A stretch of DNA of 60,593 nucleotides, taken from contig MQRK01244289.1 of the NCBI GenBank assembly GCA_001938485.1, positions 28,531 through 89,123 of the forward strand, in the 5' to 3' direction. The position numbers were made by a program, and so were the translations under genes. Origin of the DNA: Girardia tigrina (Eukaryota). Numbering within the stretch: the stretch's first letter is position 1; every line of letters starts with the position of its first letter. Below the pieces are notes generated by a model that was not told the DNA's origin, did no database searches, and saw only the letters and a list, made by a program, of their open reading frames with translations. Below are positions 26,851 to 40,850 of this stretch, piece by piece.

Positions 26851-27065
26851 GAAGTGGAAGACTGCCAAGAGTAGCCACTCAAAATGGAGATCATTTTACT
26901 AATCGATGAATGTACGAGTGTTGAAATTGATTGTCAAGTGCAGTGTCGGGGGCGGGTGTGAGAACACAGACGGACTGAAGCAGAGCGAGGAGTGTGTGAG
27001 TGAGTGTATGAGTAAATCCAGTCGATTCGGTGGTCATTTGATGTTGCATATGTTGAATAACACAA

Positions 27066-27356
27066 CGAGCACTCATAGTTTATGGTTGATACAATACAGG
27101 ACTTAAGGGAAGAGTTGATTCGCTACAAAAGAATCACATGGAATTAGGTCGGAAAATATAATCAATGAAGAGATGACGCCACTCCAGAAATAGTTTTAAA
27201 TGATTCCGTGACTTAAAGAAAATTTTTATTCTTGAAATAATTTCCAGTTCCAGGGGTGTTCTCGATAAAATCAGATATAAATGTCTGACAAATCCGTCCA
27301 TTCTCAACTCTTGCCTTAAGTCCTGTATTGCGTCAACTCTAAACTAAGAGTGCTTG
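27066..27356. mobile_element. MITE with 53-bp terminal inverted repeats
   Basis: 27066-27118 cgagcactcatagtttatggttgatacaatacaggacttaagggaagagttga matches the reverse complement of 27304-27356, caagcactcttagtttagagttgacgcaatacaggacttaaggcaagagttga. Confidence 0.75.
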
Positions 27357-27641
27357 ATAATTAATCATTCGTTGGTCGTCTCGTCAAGAATGGAGCTTCA
27401 CAGGGGTAATACATTTGTATTCACAAATATTTATTTTATAACAAGGTTTTCTTCATTGGAAATGATGTGACGTTTATGGGTACTAAGAGAGTGAATTGAA
27501 TATTACTAGCAGATGGTTTCCCATCTGTCAAACATATGTTTGTCTATTCATTTTCAGACCATTAATGAGGGAGGTTATAGTCTCAGAGTGCCAACAATCA
27601 AGCCCTTATCTTAATTATTCTGAATTCAGAAATGCCATATT

Positions 27642-29492
27642 CAGTCAACTTCACATATTTCAAAATCGATTATATGAAACTATCGCATATCTCAAATTTT
27701 TTTCAAAGTTCCGATTTTTTCTCCATAAGTTTCATTACATTTTAATACCTCGAAAAATTAAATCTCAAATTCTTTTAACTCAAATTATTGTTTATCTAGG
27801 TCCAAACACAAATAAATCGTATATCTCAAATTGTTATTTTTTTATAAGTGAGTTTATTTATAAAAATAAATATCATAAAATGTTTATAAAAATTGTGATT
27901 GAGTATATTAAATATCATTAATTAAATTTTTTTGTTTAATTATTATTTAGTTACGGGTAAATATTTTACATTTTTAATATATCTGAGGGAATACAGAAGA
28001 ATGACCAATACATCTAATATGACTACCAAACGCAACCTGCACTGCAAGACAATTGCTGAGAAAGTAAAAATTCTTGAATATGTAGTAAATAATTCTCATG
28101 TAAGACAAAAAGTTATTGCTTCTGATTTAGGCATAAACGCTGGTAACCTTAATGGTAGGTTAAAGATGATCCAATCCCCACAATCCAATCTTCACAATAT
28201 AAGATCGTCCAAAAGGCTTTCTAAACATTGACAAGGCCTTACTTATGTGGTTTAGAGAGATGAATTCCAATCCGACTAATGTCATCGACGACAACATGTT
28301 GTTGGAAAAAGCAAACTGTTTGCTGCTCAATTTGGCTAGCCGACAGAAATGAATACCTCCTGTTTTGAACGTTTCAAACAACGTCATGGATTCTCAAAGG
28401 TGATGAAACATGGAAAAGCCACCTCTGTGGATGTTACAGCTGCATATAATATAATATTGGTGAAAGTGGTTTCTTTTTGAAACTCTTACCAAATCAAACT
28501 TCGGGATTTCATGGACAGAAATATTCCGGTGGAAAGAAATCAAAAGAACGACTGCTAGTCCTTGTTGGAGTTCTAATTTACCATGAATGGAAGTGACAAA
28601 TTTCAGTTGCTTGTCAAACGAAAATTTAAAAATCCAAGTGCTTTTAAAGGTTTAAAAAAACTTCCTGTTCTTGATAAAAACAATTTCCAAGCGTGGATAA
28701 CCAGCTCAATTTCTTTTGGATTATGTGCAACAATTAGACAGGCATTTTGGCAAACAAGGTCGTAAAATAGAATTCACGATTAATAATTGTTCCGCTCATC
28801 CTCACGAGAAATATCAAAGTGTTCTTTTTACCACAAAATACAACATCCATATCTCTATAAATGATTGTAGGAATAATTCAGAATCGGAAGATTCATTGTT
28901 GCCGACATTGTCAACAGCATTCACAAAGACAAATGCAACTGAATCAAGTGACAGAGTCAGGTTCTGATCGTCCAATGGGGTCATTGTCGATATTAGTAAA
29001 AGCAATTCATGATCTAGAACTTTTTGTATTGCAACAGGCCGAATCAAACCTTATCAATTGGATCTAAAGATTGGATCCATAGTCAAAAGTACATCGAAGG
29101 ATATCAATGATTGATAACTGACGATTTTCATAATTACTAATTTTAGAATAATTTTAGAATACCATGTTGTATGGTATCATGATTTTCCGTTAATTTTGCC
29201 ATATTTGTAACATTTAACCCTAAGATTACCTAAAAACAATAGTCATGGACAATTTTTTCCACGCTTTGTAATGGTAAGGTTTATAGTTAAACGTCAGTAT
29301 TTAAATTTTTTAGCGAATATTAATGTAACTGAAATTTGAAATATAAATTAAGACTGAAAAAGGAGATTGGTAAATATTTGTAACAATAAACAATAAAATG
29401 TTTGATTTTGTTCGAAGTCGTTTGTCTCAGATTCCGAATTTCTCAATTTTTTTTCATAGTCCCCAAGAATTTGAGGTATGCTGAGTTGACTG
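27642..29492 (+). mobile_element. pogo/Tigger DNA transposon, degenerate
   Basis: TIRs cagtcaacttcacatatttcaaa / tttgaggtatgctgagttgactg|ta. Transposase remnants: KTIAEKVKIL, IDKALLMWF, SGGKKSKERL, NGSDKFQLLV, NNFQAWITS, NNCSAHP. Confidence 0.85.
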
Positions 29493-29675
29493 TATCAACT
29501 AACACAATATGGCATCGACAGAAAAAAATGAAAATCTACTAACATGATTTTGGTATTTATAGTGGGTTGTGGGTCTAGATAGCATACATTGCTCTCATTA
29601 CTAGGGTTGAACCCTCTGTCATAAATGCCCAAATAGTTCTACAGTACAATGTATCTTAGAGAGAGTCATCTAAAC

Positions 29676-30038
29676 CAGTGTTTCTCAACCGGTGTGTCGC
29701 GATGAATTGGTGTGTCGCGATGATTTGCTTGATAATATGCAATACTCTTAAATTTTATATAATAATTTTCAAGATTCAACTTTGTAGTGTAGAGTCTACA
29801 CTGTAGACTGTATACTGTTATCAAATAAAATCAATACGATTGCGGTTAACCATCCTCGATAAAACAGGTCAAAACATCAACATAGACTCTAGTGACTAGA
29901 GTCACTTGACTAGAGTCTAGAATTAATACTTTGAAAACCTCATAGTTACATAATAACTTCGCTTGATAACAGGTGTGTCACAAAATTTCATGTATTGTGT
30001 CAAGTGTGTCATTCGGAAAAAAAGGTTGAGAACCTCTG
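29676..30038. mobile_element. Non-autonomous hAT element (Charlie/Buster-type ends)
   Basis: TIRs cagtgtttctcaacc / ggttgagaacctctg, subterminal gtgtgtc motifs, and an 8-bp TSD atctaaac / atctaaag. Confidence 0.88.
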
Positions 30039-31633
30039 ATCTAAAGGTATATCATATTCGAATATTCCCCACTCAGTTTCTAGATTATCATCATCAAAGT
30101 CAACAAAATTGTGGACCAAAAACGGCCATTACATGTCGAACAGGTTCGCGCTCGGGTCCTGAAAGTTCTTCTACTGTGAAACAGACCATTTGATGTTCGA
30201 TAACACATAGGCATGAACAATCGGCAATTTTTTCTTAAAAAATAAATCATAAAGTATAAGTTTATTGTTTGGAAACCAGGATCCTAGTGGCCTAACAATG
30301 AAATTGTCAAGTGTCCAGGAGTCCCCAAATTTATATTGAATTCATTTCTCTAAGACCCACCGACGTTGCAGTGGCGCAGCAGAGCAACTTCACCGACTCT
30401 GCTGACAAAATTCCTTAATTAAATTATTTTTTAATTAAATTAAATTATTTTTCAAAAATATTAAATTAGCATTCTCAAGATTCTATAAAATATAAATATA
30501 TACAGAGAGAGATAATAAGAAAATTATTACAACTTTCAACTTAAAAAAGAATTTTCATATGATATTTTGGTCGGTATTATATTTCCTAAAATTTCTTCGT
30601 AAAATTTTGCTATTTATTTTTGGAAGTCATCTGGAAAATCATATTTTTTAATTAATTTGATTTAGTTGAATGTTTTATTTTTTGATAATTGGATTGCCTA
30701 TGAAATAAGTTTTGTTGAGACGAATATGCTCTTGTTAAATAATTATGGAGACTTGTGTACTTATTATAATTTTGTACCTTTGGTCACTGTTGAACAATCT
30801 ATTTGTAAAGATGTACCGAGAAAATGGCAACCGGATGAATAAAAAATTTGATAATAAATTGAGTTTCAAAACCGTTTTTATTAGTAAGTTTAAAGAATAC
30901 AAAATATTAAATTCTTTCAAAAGAACCTGTTCACTTTTAGACCAGTTTTGGACTAATTTTAGTCTTGGAAAAGGTTTTCTACTCGTTCTGATACTTAATC
31001 TAAAATTGAAAATAAACTAAAATTTAGTTTACACTTTATTTATGTCGATTGGTCAAAGATTTAACATAAAATAACTTTAAAAAATAAGCTAACAAAAAAA
31101 ATATATAGGACTTTAACTATAAAAACCTCAAGGGTTAGGTTCCAACATAATTAGTAAGAAGTTAACCCATAAATATTCGCTATGGAAAAATCAAAATGTC
31201 ATATGCAAAATATTTATATAATTATTATATTTTAATAGTTTTATCAATATAAATCATTAAAAAGGATCTATTCAAGTCCTATAGGTATGGCAAGCTGCTA
31301 TTCCTTCCGCCATATCAGTACCGTAATGGACATTTTAAAACCATCATAACATTTTATTTTGTACAACTTAAAGTAAAATTCAATCAGAATCTTATAATAA
31401 AAAGCATTTTTTCTTTTCCTTCAGTAAACTCTTAAAAAATTTTTATGTCTCGTATATTAATCCATCATTTTTGTCTTTTAGTTGTAATTTTTTAAAAATT
31501 TAATTATTTCTAGTTTTGTAGTTTTTGTTCTATTTACCATATAAACGTAATAAAAATAATGAAGTTAAATTTAAAAATATTTTAAAATTTGAGTTTAATT
31601 TTAATTATTAGTTATAAATGTAGTGACACTTAC

Positions 31634-31776
31634 AACAGCGATTATTTGAATCATGGCCAACTCGAGCTGAACCGAAATGGTATCTGAAAGGTTGGATACA
31701 GGCCTGATCAGAGGATTGTACTGTTTATGTTCGAGTAGATAATGAATCAGTTTGGACTCGTGTTGTGAACCGACTC
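31634..31776 (-). CDS. Nicotinic acetylcholine receptor subunit, exon encoding the mature N-terminus
   Basis: caag|..VGSQHESKLIHYLLEHKQYNPLIRPVSNLSDTISVQLELAMIQIIAV|gtaagt, with the YNxxIRPV motif. The acceptor could be 3 nt further in (31773). Confidence 0.92.
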
Positions 31777-34700
31777 CTTGATTTAGAAATTTAATCAATC
31801 CTTTTATTACAGTTTTGAGTAAATAATTGTATTATTTTATAATTATCCAATTTTATTGAAACTCTTTTTTGTTTTCTACATAGAAATCTTTATTTGCATT
31901 TTCCTAGGTAACTAAAGTAACATCCAAGTTTTATCATTACGCGACACTGTCATGGTTTAGTGTTTGACTTCTGGGGTGTCAGAAAAATAAACTTTCTTAA
32001 ATAATATTTTAATAATACTTTAAACCTGTTCTAATTCTCAATCATAAATATTTGATAAAGCAAATTAAAAAATTAACTTCATAAATGTTTCGATTTATAG
32101 GAATCATCATCAGCAATTAATTATTTAATTATCAGTATAAAATATTGTCAAATGATATTTAGAAAGAAAGAAATATTATAAAATTTTTAATTTTAATTCT
32201 TTTAATTAAATATAAAAATAATTTAAAATATTTTTCCCATTTTGGATATTAATTAATGGGTTATAGTGTCTTTTTAGCAATGATTCACAGTACAACCTCT
32301 CATAATCCGAATAATAATTCCTCTGAAGAATTGAAAACTTAAACTTGGAAATTGATGACGTTCGATCTTTGCCACATTTGCATGCATAAAAAATCTTAAT
32401 CGAACCTTCAACTTTCAATCTGCTCGACTGTAAATATTCTCTTATTATTATTTTGAGATGACTATTTTTTCTCATATACTCTGTAATGCCAATAATGTTC
32501 TGATAAATGTTATTTAAACATCTAAAATCTTCAGAATAAATATTGCGGAACATAGGAAAAAATGTAATTGTGATGTTAATATTGATAATTTCAAGATTCT
32601 GTGTAAGCTTTTTGATAGTTATTGGGAGAGAGTGTCATGTGAAGCATTGTTAATTAGGTCACGTTGCTCTAAGATCAATGATCAATCGGCAGTCTCAACC
32701 AGCTTATTGATAATTTTTATTAGCATGATTTCATGCCAACGATTACATAATCAACATTTTTGCTTTTATATACAGGTGAATTGATTATTAATCAGTGACC
32801 TGAAGACAGTTGATCCGTCGATATATATTCTCATTAAATTTATTTTTATATTTTATTTAATGTTTTTAATTTTCAAATTAAAAAAATCTTTAAATTATTT
32901 AGTAAAGTGAAAATTTTAACTTACTCCTTATAGGCATTCTTAATAATTTTGTTAGATTAAAATAGTAAAACAAAGAGTACATAAATAATACATTTGTACC
33001 TTACATATGGATACTGCGCATCCGTGACAGAATGATGATTATAAGTCCTCCATGGAGAAATACCACAAAAGTTATAAAGTAGAGGGATGGTTATAATGAC
33101 ATATGAAGGTTGATCAGCGAGTATCACAGTGAATACCACGGAAAACCGAAATAAGGATGTTTGGAAGGCACCCACATATGATGTGTTGGTGACAGGCTGT
33201 AACACAAGTGTAAGTAATCAAGGATTTAACTGGCGAGAAGTATTAATATTCAGGGTAAAAAACACTATGAAAAGAGAAACATAAAATTTTTCCTTTCCCT
33301 GTTGCAACAAACTTGTTTTTACAGATAAGACTTTATAAAATGTCAAAACTAGTGATCCTGATTGGTTATTTTTAAAAGATAAGGCAAAACGTACTCCTGT
33401 CCTGAAAGGTCGCTTATCTAAAGCTCTGTGAAAGGACTGAAATACTTTGTATATATTTGATGGTTTCTACCCGATACAGAGTCTAAGATTCAAAACCCTG
33501 TGCGTCAATACAGCTTATGATGTTATCCGTGCAACTGGAAAAGGCTGACATTTCCAAATAAAAAATTAGTTTTTAACATCTTCAAAATTTTGATGTAAAA
33601 TTTCGGTTTTTAAATTTCGATGTTACTTGTTATTTTACTTTATTTTTCAAATGGCAGTTCGTAATAATTGACGAAGCTTTTGTTGATGTGTTTACCTTCT
33701 TTTGTTAATACAAGATTTATTAATAACAAATGATAATTTGAATAGAAAAGATCAAAATGAAGGCATTCTTCCATTTAATCGAGAAATAATCCTCAGTATA
33801 TTTTGTTATTATCGTCGCCAAATAATGATTCAATTTGTGGAACTTGATTAACTGTTTAGTTTCTGAGGTTTTCGAATAAATCGAGAATTAGCTTCAGTAT
33901 AATTTGATATAGTTGTTGTTCATGAAGATAATTTATTTGAAAGTTCGATTGTTTAATTGATTTTTTATTTTTTAATTATTTTATATTTTAATATTAAGAT
34001 TATATTATTATATTATTATTATACTATTATTATATTCCTTCTTCACTCAATGGAGCGACTGCTCAAGATAAGACCGTCAGATACATCATATAAAGAGTAT
34101 ATAAATAAATATTAAAATATGAAAATATGAAATAAATAAGATATATTTAACTTCAAAATAAATATTAATATATTTGTGTTTGTGTAGGTCACTACAAAAG
34201 GGACAAAGATTATCAAAGAAGTTCGTTCAACAAAATGTTTTTTATTATGCTCGATTTAATAAACCACTGTAAATACCCTCTGTACATTAGAGTATCACAA
34301 TGTTTTCATGAATAAACAAATGCTTCGTACTTATTTAAACGACCAAATACAAAATAAGAAGAGTATCAAAGTTACATCCGAATACAAAAAGCTAATTTGT
34401 CCTCCATAGAAAAGTTAATTGTGTAAAGTAATTACGTTAATATCTCAATAACAACAACCCGTTTTGTAGCTTACCCTAAATATTTCACAAAAAAGTCATT
34501 GATGTCAATTACAAGTTATTTCTGTACGTAAATAAATTTTCATTTAATGGTTCAATGAAAAAGAAAATTAATATTTAAATATAAATCCATTAATGCTGAA
34601 ATTTATTTCCAAAATCAATAATTACTCGACTTATTATTAATTTATTATAATTTTAAGTATTTCAAAGAATAAAAATATGTAATCGTTTTTTTTTGTATCT

Positions 34701-36477
34701 GCAATGTTAAAAGTAATTATTTGTTAAATAATTTGGTAAATGATGTTCAGTTAAATAAGAAGAATGAAAGAAAACTGGAGCTGTCTTAAGCGTTTCTTTT
34801 TCTGAAGAATTAAACATTCTTTTAATTATATCAAAAGATGGAATACATATAATATATAACACAAACACGCAATAGAAAGTGTGACAATCAGCAAATCTGT
34901 TACTCCATTTGATTTGTGTTCAGATTTAGTTTATCAATATTCATGTAATCAGTGTGAGTTGACAATCATCGGAGAGTCGTCGCGTCATATTTACAACCAA
35001 ATCTAAGTACATAGTGTTACGTATGGAAATAGTAACATTGTTAAACATAAAAAGAAATGAAGCATTTTAAAAATTGTGTTTCTTATTTGTGGATTACTTC
35101 TGGCACATAATAGCGCGTAAAGGGTTATTAATCAGGTCAAGCAATCCTAAAATTAATGCTCAAACGACACTCTCAACTACTTTGTTTAAATATTTAATTA
35201 ATAATAGTTATTATTTTTAAAATTTCAAAAAAATCAATTGCATAAAAATTACATTATTGTTACTTATATATGCATATGTGACCCTTTCTCTCACCCATTT
35301 GCTCATTCAAACTACCTCTTGATCATTTTTTTACCTTTATTTTACTAATTTGTGACTTTGAAATGCCTGTAAGCCTCGTTAATTTTCTTTGAGTATACTT
35401 GGTGTTCAATAACGAAATTTTGATTTCTCTTAACTTTAACTTTATATATATATTCTCTAATTGTGATTTTTTTGTTAAATGTTGCAATCTAAATTGAGAA
35501 TATTTTATAGTAAATTGTTCATTTTCATTTCAAATTGAGAATTTTCAACATGTAAATATTTTTCGTGAATTAATAAGAAATTCGGCACAACATTTATATA
35601 GATTTGTATACGTAATTTTTTCATTATTTTTTGTATAATTATTATTAGAGATCCATCGAACTAACTCTTTAATTGTGACTTAATTTTCATCAGCATAATG
35701 TGAATTTATTTAAAATTTCCTTCTAATACATATTGCGACATGAAATTGCCTTTTTATGTAGTTTTAGAGTATAAAACGGTTGGTCTACTTTATTTTGTGT
35801 TGAATCACCCACATTGATTTACACATATTCAAAATATTATAATTTTAATTAATAAAAATAAAATAAATTCAATTTTTAATAAACTTAACTCTTAAAAAGT
35901 TTTGTGTAATTCTTTAAAGGATAGTACACAATCTTGTTTATTTCAAAAACACAATCTTTAAGAAAAGTATTTGAAATATAGAAAAGATTTTTCATATAGT
36001 TGTATTTTTTCAAGGTTACTTTTTTAATAAAGAAAACATGTCAATAAAATATTTTATTTTATAAAAATTGTCTCAGATATATATATATATATAAATTTAG
36101 TTCTAGAAGAAAATGAAACCGCATTGAAGAATTGGTAATACCATTTGTTAAGAACACTGATACAATTATTTTTACAACGTTTAGAATTACAACAATGAGA
36201 GTTGTCTCCGTGATTGTCGTCGGAAGATCGTTCACATGTCTGAATCTAGTTGGTGAAATTAGATATATATTTTCTTATTTTTTAATCAGGATTATTCGAC
36301 CAAAATTTCTTCATTTCTTTATTTTGAATCTTTGAATCAAGTTGATATTTGTACATTTTTTATTTAAACTTCATTAAAGCTGTTTTTAATTTCGTTTTAT
36401 AGAAAAATTTTTAAATATAATATATTTGAATTTTAATCCTAGAAATTTATTCTATTTAACTTCATTAAAACTATTTA

Positions 36478-37750
36478 TTAAGTTGATGCAAAAGAATGTC
36501 GTTTTATAACGATAAATGAACATAACTTTCTTTGAAATTAACTTTATTAGTCAAAATGAAAACCATTGCATTGAACACATTGTTGTCAACGAGTAACAAG
36601 TTTTTTTATTCCAGTTTCATAAAATTCTGGAGTTCTGGAGGCGATAAAGTCGTCCAAGGCTCTTTCAGCATCTCCTTCGTTTCTGAAGCATTTGTCGCGA
36701 AGGAACTGGCTGAAATATTTGAAAAGTTGATAATCTGTAGGAGAAAGGTCTGGTGAGTACGGTGGATGAGGCAAAGTTTCAGATCCCAGTATTTTTAACT
36801 TCAGCATGGTCTTTCTTGCAACATATGGACGAGCGTTTTCATGCAGAAGAATTGGCCTCTTTCTATTGAGTAATACCGGCCGTTTTGTGTAGTTCTTGGT
36901 GCATTTTGTCAATTTGCTGACAATACATTTCCGCTGTAATTGTTTCGCTTAGTTTTAGGAAGCTGTAATGGATAAAACCATTGTGCGGACCACCAAACAG
37001 TTACCATGACTTTTTTTGGTGTAATTTTGTCTTTGGAAAAGGCTTTGGAGCTTCATTGAAATCCAACCACTGAGCTGAACGTCGCCGGTTGTCGTATAGA
37101 ATCTACTTTGCACGTTACAATTCGATCCAGAAACGGGTCGCTTTGATTACGCAAAAGTAGAGAAGAACACACGTTAAAACGACGATTTATTTGATTTTCG
37201 TTTAATTCGTGCGGCACACACTTGTCCAGCTTTTTCACTTTTCCGATTTTCTTCAGACGGCAAACAACTGTTGATTGCTGAACGTTGAGTTCTTGAGTGA
37301 CTTCCCGTGAATTTTTATGCGAGTCGGCTTTGATTAACTTCTTCAAATGGTCGTCATCAACTTGTGCTAGTCAGCTACCAAGTTCTTCATCTTCAAGGCT
37401 CTCGTTACCACTACGTTACTTATAAAAATAACGTTGTACTGTTCGTAAATTAGTGGTATGTTGTCCAAATATATTGTTAATATTCTGAGCCGTTTCTGTC
37501 GCTTTTCGACCTAGTTTGAAATCGTAGAATAAAATTGTTCTCATTTCCTTCTTTTCTAACATTTCTAAAATAAAATAAATACACATTAAATTAACAACAA
37601 TAATGTCAATAACTTGGTATCAAAATATAGAGTAAAGTTTAAGCTTTAAAGTAAATTTAAATATAAATTTATTTATTAATGATTTTCTAAATATTTCAAA
37701 CAATGAATATTAAATACATTAAAAACGACATTTCTTTTGCATCAACCTAA
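36478..37750 (-). mobile_element. Full-length mariner (cecropia/Hsmar1-like), inactivated
   Basis: TA-flanked TIRs ttaagttgatgcaaaagaatgtcgtttt / aaaacgacatttcttttgcatcaacctaa, 1273 bp. ATG at 37562 gives MLEKKEMRTILFYDFKLGRKATETA, followed by CVPHEL, HENARPY and HPPYSPDLSPTDY. Confidence 0.95.
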
Positions 37751-37942
37751 TATTAAAAATGTGGAAATTTTATTTATTTTATATTTTTGGATTTTGATAA
37801 TTCTTTTAATTAAAGTTTTGAATATACCCAAAATTTAATAACCTTACTAATTATTTATGTTTAAAATTAAGCCTACTTATTATTTCATAAATTTAAATGC
37901 TATGAGGTTATTATTTACATTACCTTTTAACACAAATTTAAT

Positions 37943-38041
37943 GATACACAAACTTCCAACTGTGTGGGAGAATCACCATTCTAAGTTCAGCATTCTAAAA
38001 TCAACATACCACATACTTACATATTCGAAATATTCCTTACA
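37943..38041 (-). repeat. Dispersed two-box element, copy 5
   Basis: Minus strand: tgtaaggaatattt...ttagaatggtgattctcccacacagttggaag. Confidence 0.7.
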
Positions 38042-39616
38042 TCCTTTGAAAAATTTAACTCCGACACGAAGAGGAATTTCTTTTTATAAGGGGATAATGA
38101 TTTCATGTAAAGATGCAATATATGATAAATAAGGAAGTCAGTTGTTTTGTTTGGAAATAAAATAAAATTGAAGAATAATACAAAAAAATTTAATAAATTT
38201 TTAATTATATTTATAAGTTATTGTCCTAATGTTCAAATATTAATTTTAAAGTCGTTTTGATTGACTTGCTCTTTCCAAGACAATTAGAGTTTTATTTGTA
38301 ACTTTATTTTCCAATAAATTTATATTTTAATATAAAATTCTAATTTGAATTAAACACTTTGAAAAAGTCCAATACTCTCGGTCTCTTGGGACAAAGCATC
38401 CCACAGGAAATTTATGAATCTTTATTGGTATGAATATCCAATATTGTATGCATGATCGGACAATATATTTCAAAAATACTCTGGTTTAAAATCTTTGAAA
38501 AACTAAGTTGTCTTATTAAACTGATAATTCTTCGTTTCTTTTTTTTCTCTAATACAATTAGAGTAATATTTATTTATATAAAATATATACTTGAATTTTT
38601 ATATGTATAATTTTGCATTCTAGTGATATGTGTAATTGAAGAGTACTTATATCATCTAAACATATTCAAGTAGGTTGTCGAACCTTCGATTTAAGGATTA
38701 TTTTTAATGGTCTATGTTTTTAGGGTTTTAACCATTTAAAAAATGAATTATATAAATAAATAATTATATTATTTTGAAAAGAATTTTTCAAAAATATAAA
38801 ATTTAAAATGTTCAATTAAAATTCAATGTAATTTTATAATGTCACATACATTTTAAAAAAAAATCATCATTCCTGCTAGAGAATCCAAGAACACAATTGC
38901 AATATGGGTCGACGTAACATTGCCGAATTGAAAAATATTTTTAAATATACTATGAATATATGTGATTTTAAATTTATGTGCTCTTTTTAATTTATTGTTG
39001 AGAGAGAGTTAAATGTAAATCATTATACATTCGATTTGAAATCCTTAAATAATTAAAGCAAACGGGTCTCTCGACAACCTTATTGAGTATTTTTTAATTA
39101 CTAAGTTTTCATCGATCACACAACTAAATACGAGTATGATGATTACTTATTGGTCGGAATTCTTGAGTGCTAGAGATACGATTAAATTTATGTTTATGGT
39201 TTCTGAAATAGTTTGTTTTTTTTTAAAATGGGAACTTTTATTTTAGAAATACCCTTATTAACAGCATCACAATTTGAATGCAAACATTTATTTACAACAC
39301 AAACAGATTCTTTACAACAATTTTCAGTGGTCATCTTTCTTTGATTGTTATAGTTTTTGTTTCTGTATTCAAATATGAAAAAATCAATGAATGGGAAATT
39401 TTAATATTATATTTTAATTTCTCATAATTTTATTGGATAAAAAGACATTATGTAATTTTTTAAATAAACATTAATTTTTAAAATATATTCAATTTAAAAA
39501 GTTAAAATCGTTTACTGAAAATATTAATAAAATTCATAATTATCAAACTTTAATTAATTAGTACTTAAAATTAATATCATTAAATTAATTTCATTAGATT
39601 CAAATAATCAATCAAT

Positions 39617-39706
39617 AAACATATCAATCCCATCTGAGTAGGAGAGTCACAACTCTAAACAGCATACAAACAACAAACTTACAACATTCCAAATTATCCC
39701 TCACAA
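39617..39706 (-). repeat. Dispersed two-box element, copy 6
   Basis: Minus strand: ttgtgagggataattt...ttagagttgtgactctcctactcagatgggattgatat. Confidence 0.8.
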
Positions 39707-40149
39707 CCCTTTTAAAATGGTATGCAAAGATAATTCCGCCCAGCCCATACAAACATGGATTTCAATAAATAATAATTTTAACTAAAATAAAAATTTAGAC
39801 AAAAAAATTCTAACCAGCTGGTATTAACCTACCAGATTAAAATATTTTTACTAAACGTAAATCACGATTTATGTATATATTTCATCAGTTGTGTTTGATT
39901 GTGCAACATCTCATTTGAATTCAATAAAATTATGAAAAAGATTCAATCACATCATTCTGATTATATTATTGTTTATGATATAGAGATTTAGATAATCTTA
40001 TGAAAAATGAAGTATTGACTTGAAACCAATTTGGGTAACAGCCTATATCAGCGGTGAGCAAATCCAAGCCCACAATGACGTTGGATCTGGCCCGGCAAAT
40101 TACAAAAGCGTAGGAGTTGATATACCACAGTTTAATATCTTATTTCATG

Positions 40150-40560
40150 AAACTTTTTCACGTGTGTCATTTTATTATCAATTCTACGAGCAACGTACGC
40201 TTGAGGATGACTGAAAAAAATTTGATAGCAGTTTTAAGAATAGCCACCAATGAATTAAATTCCAATTTTGATGGAATTTTAAATAAAACCATTCAAATTT
40301 CTATCATTTGCATTAGTGTCTGAAGTAGCTATGTGTATTTTTATTACTGATGTTTTTCTGATATTTGTTACAAATTTCTTATGATGTAAATAAAAATGTT
40401 AATCACATCTTCTTTTACTTTATTAATAAACGATTTTTAAGGAAACAAAGATATTTCCATTTAGATATCTTTTTTGAAAACGAAATGAAATGTATCTTCG
40501 GCCCGCGTACAAAGTTTGGAAAGTTCATTTGGCTCACTAACGAAAATACTCTCTGAGCTA
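40150..40560 (+). mobile_element. 3' remnant of a hAT transposon (dimerisation-domain fragment)
   Basis: ETFS...SNVRLRMTEKNLIAVLRIATNELNSNFD resembles hAT C-termini, and a subterminal cggcccgc motif lies near 40500. Confidence 0.5.
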
Positions 40561-40607
40561 TTGTTGACTTTTCTGTAAATGTTTTTTATTTCAATGAAAC
40601 TGAAAAT

Positions 40608-40850
40608 TGGCCATGAATAAGACCAGATCTAAATATAATGGTTGGAATTACATTAAATATTGCTCTTGGAATTTGTTGATAACAGCCACAGAGAAACATT
40701 GTCACAACATAAACAGAATCGATGAACTGAAATTTATCTTACTTGAAGCTTGGAATAAAATTACAGTTTGCAATTCGAGCTGTAACAGAAGCTTGGATTG
40801 CACCGTAAGATGATATAATTTAGTGAAAAAAAGTCATTTTGAAGATATGT
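40608..40850 (+). pseudogene. C-terminal fragment of a Tc1/mariner (maT-like) transposase
   Basis: Degenerate WP..PDLN, followed by IDELKFILLEAWNKI and a terminal HFE. Confidence 0.45.

Noticed and set aside
32925-32982. Candidate nAChR exon 1 (minus strand MYSLFYYFNLTKLLRMPIR, phase-1 gtaagt donor)
   Set aside because: The phase fits, but the peptide lacks a convincing hydrophobic signal core and could be chance.
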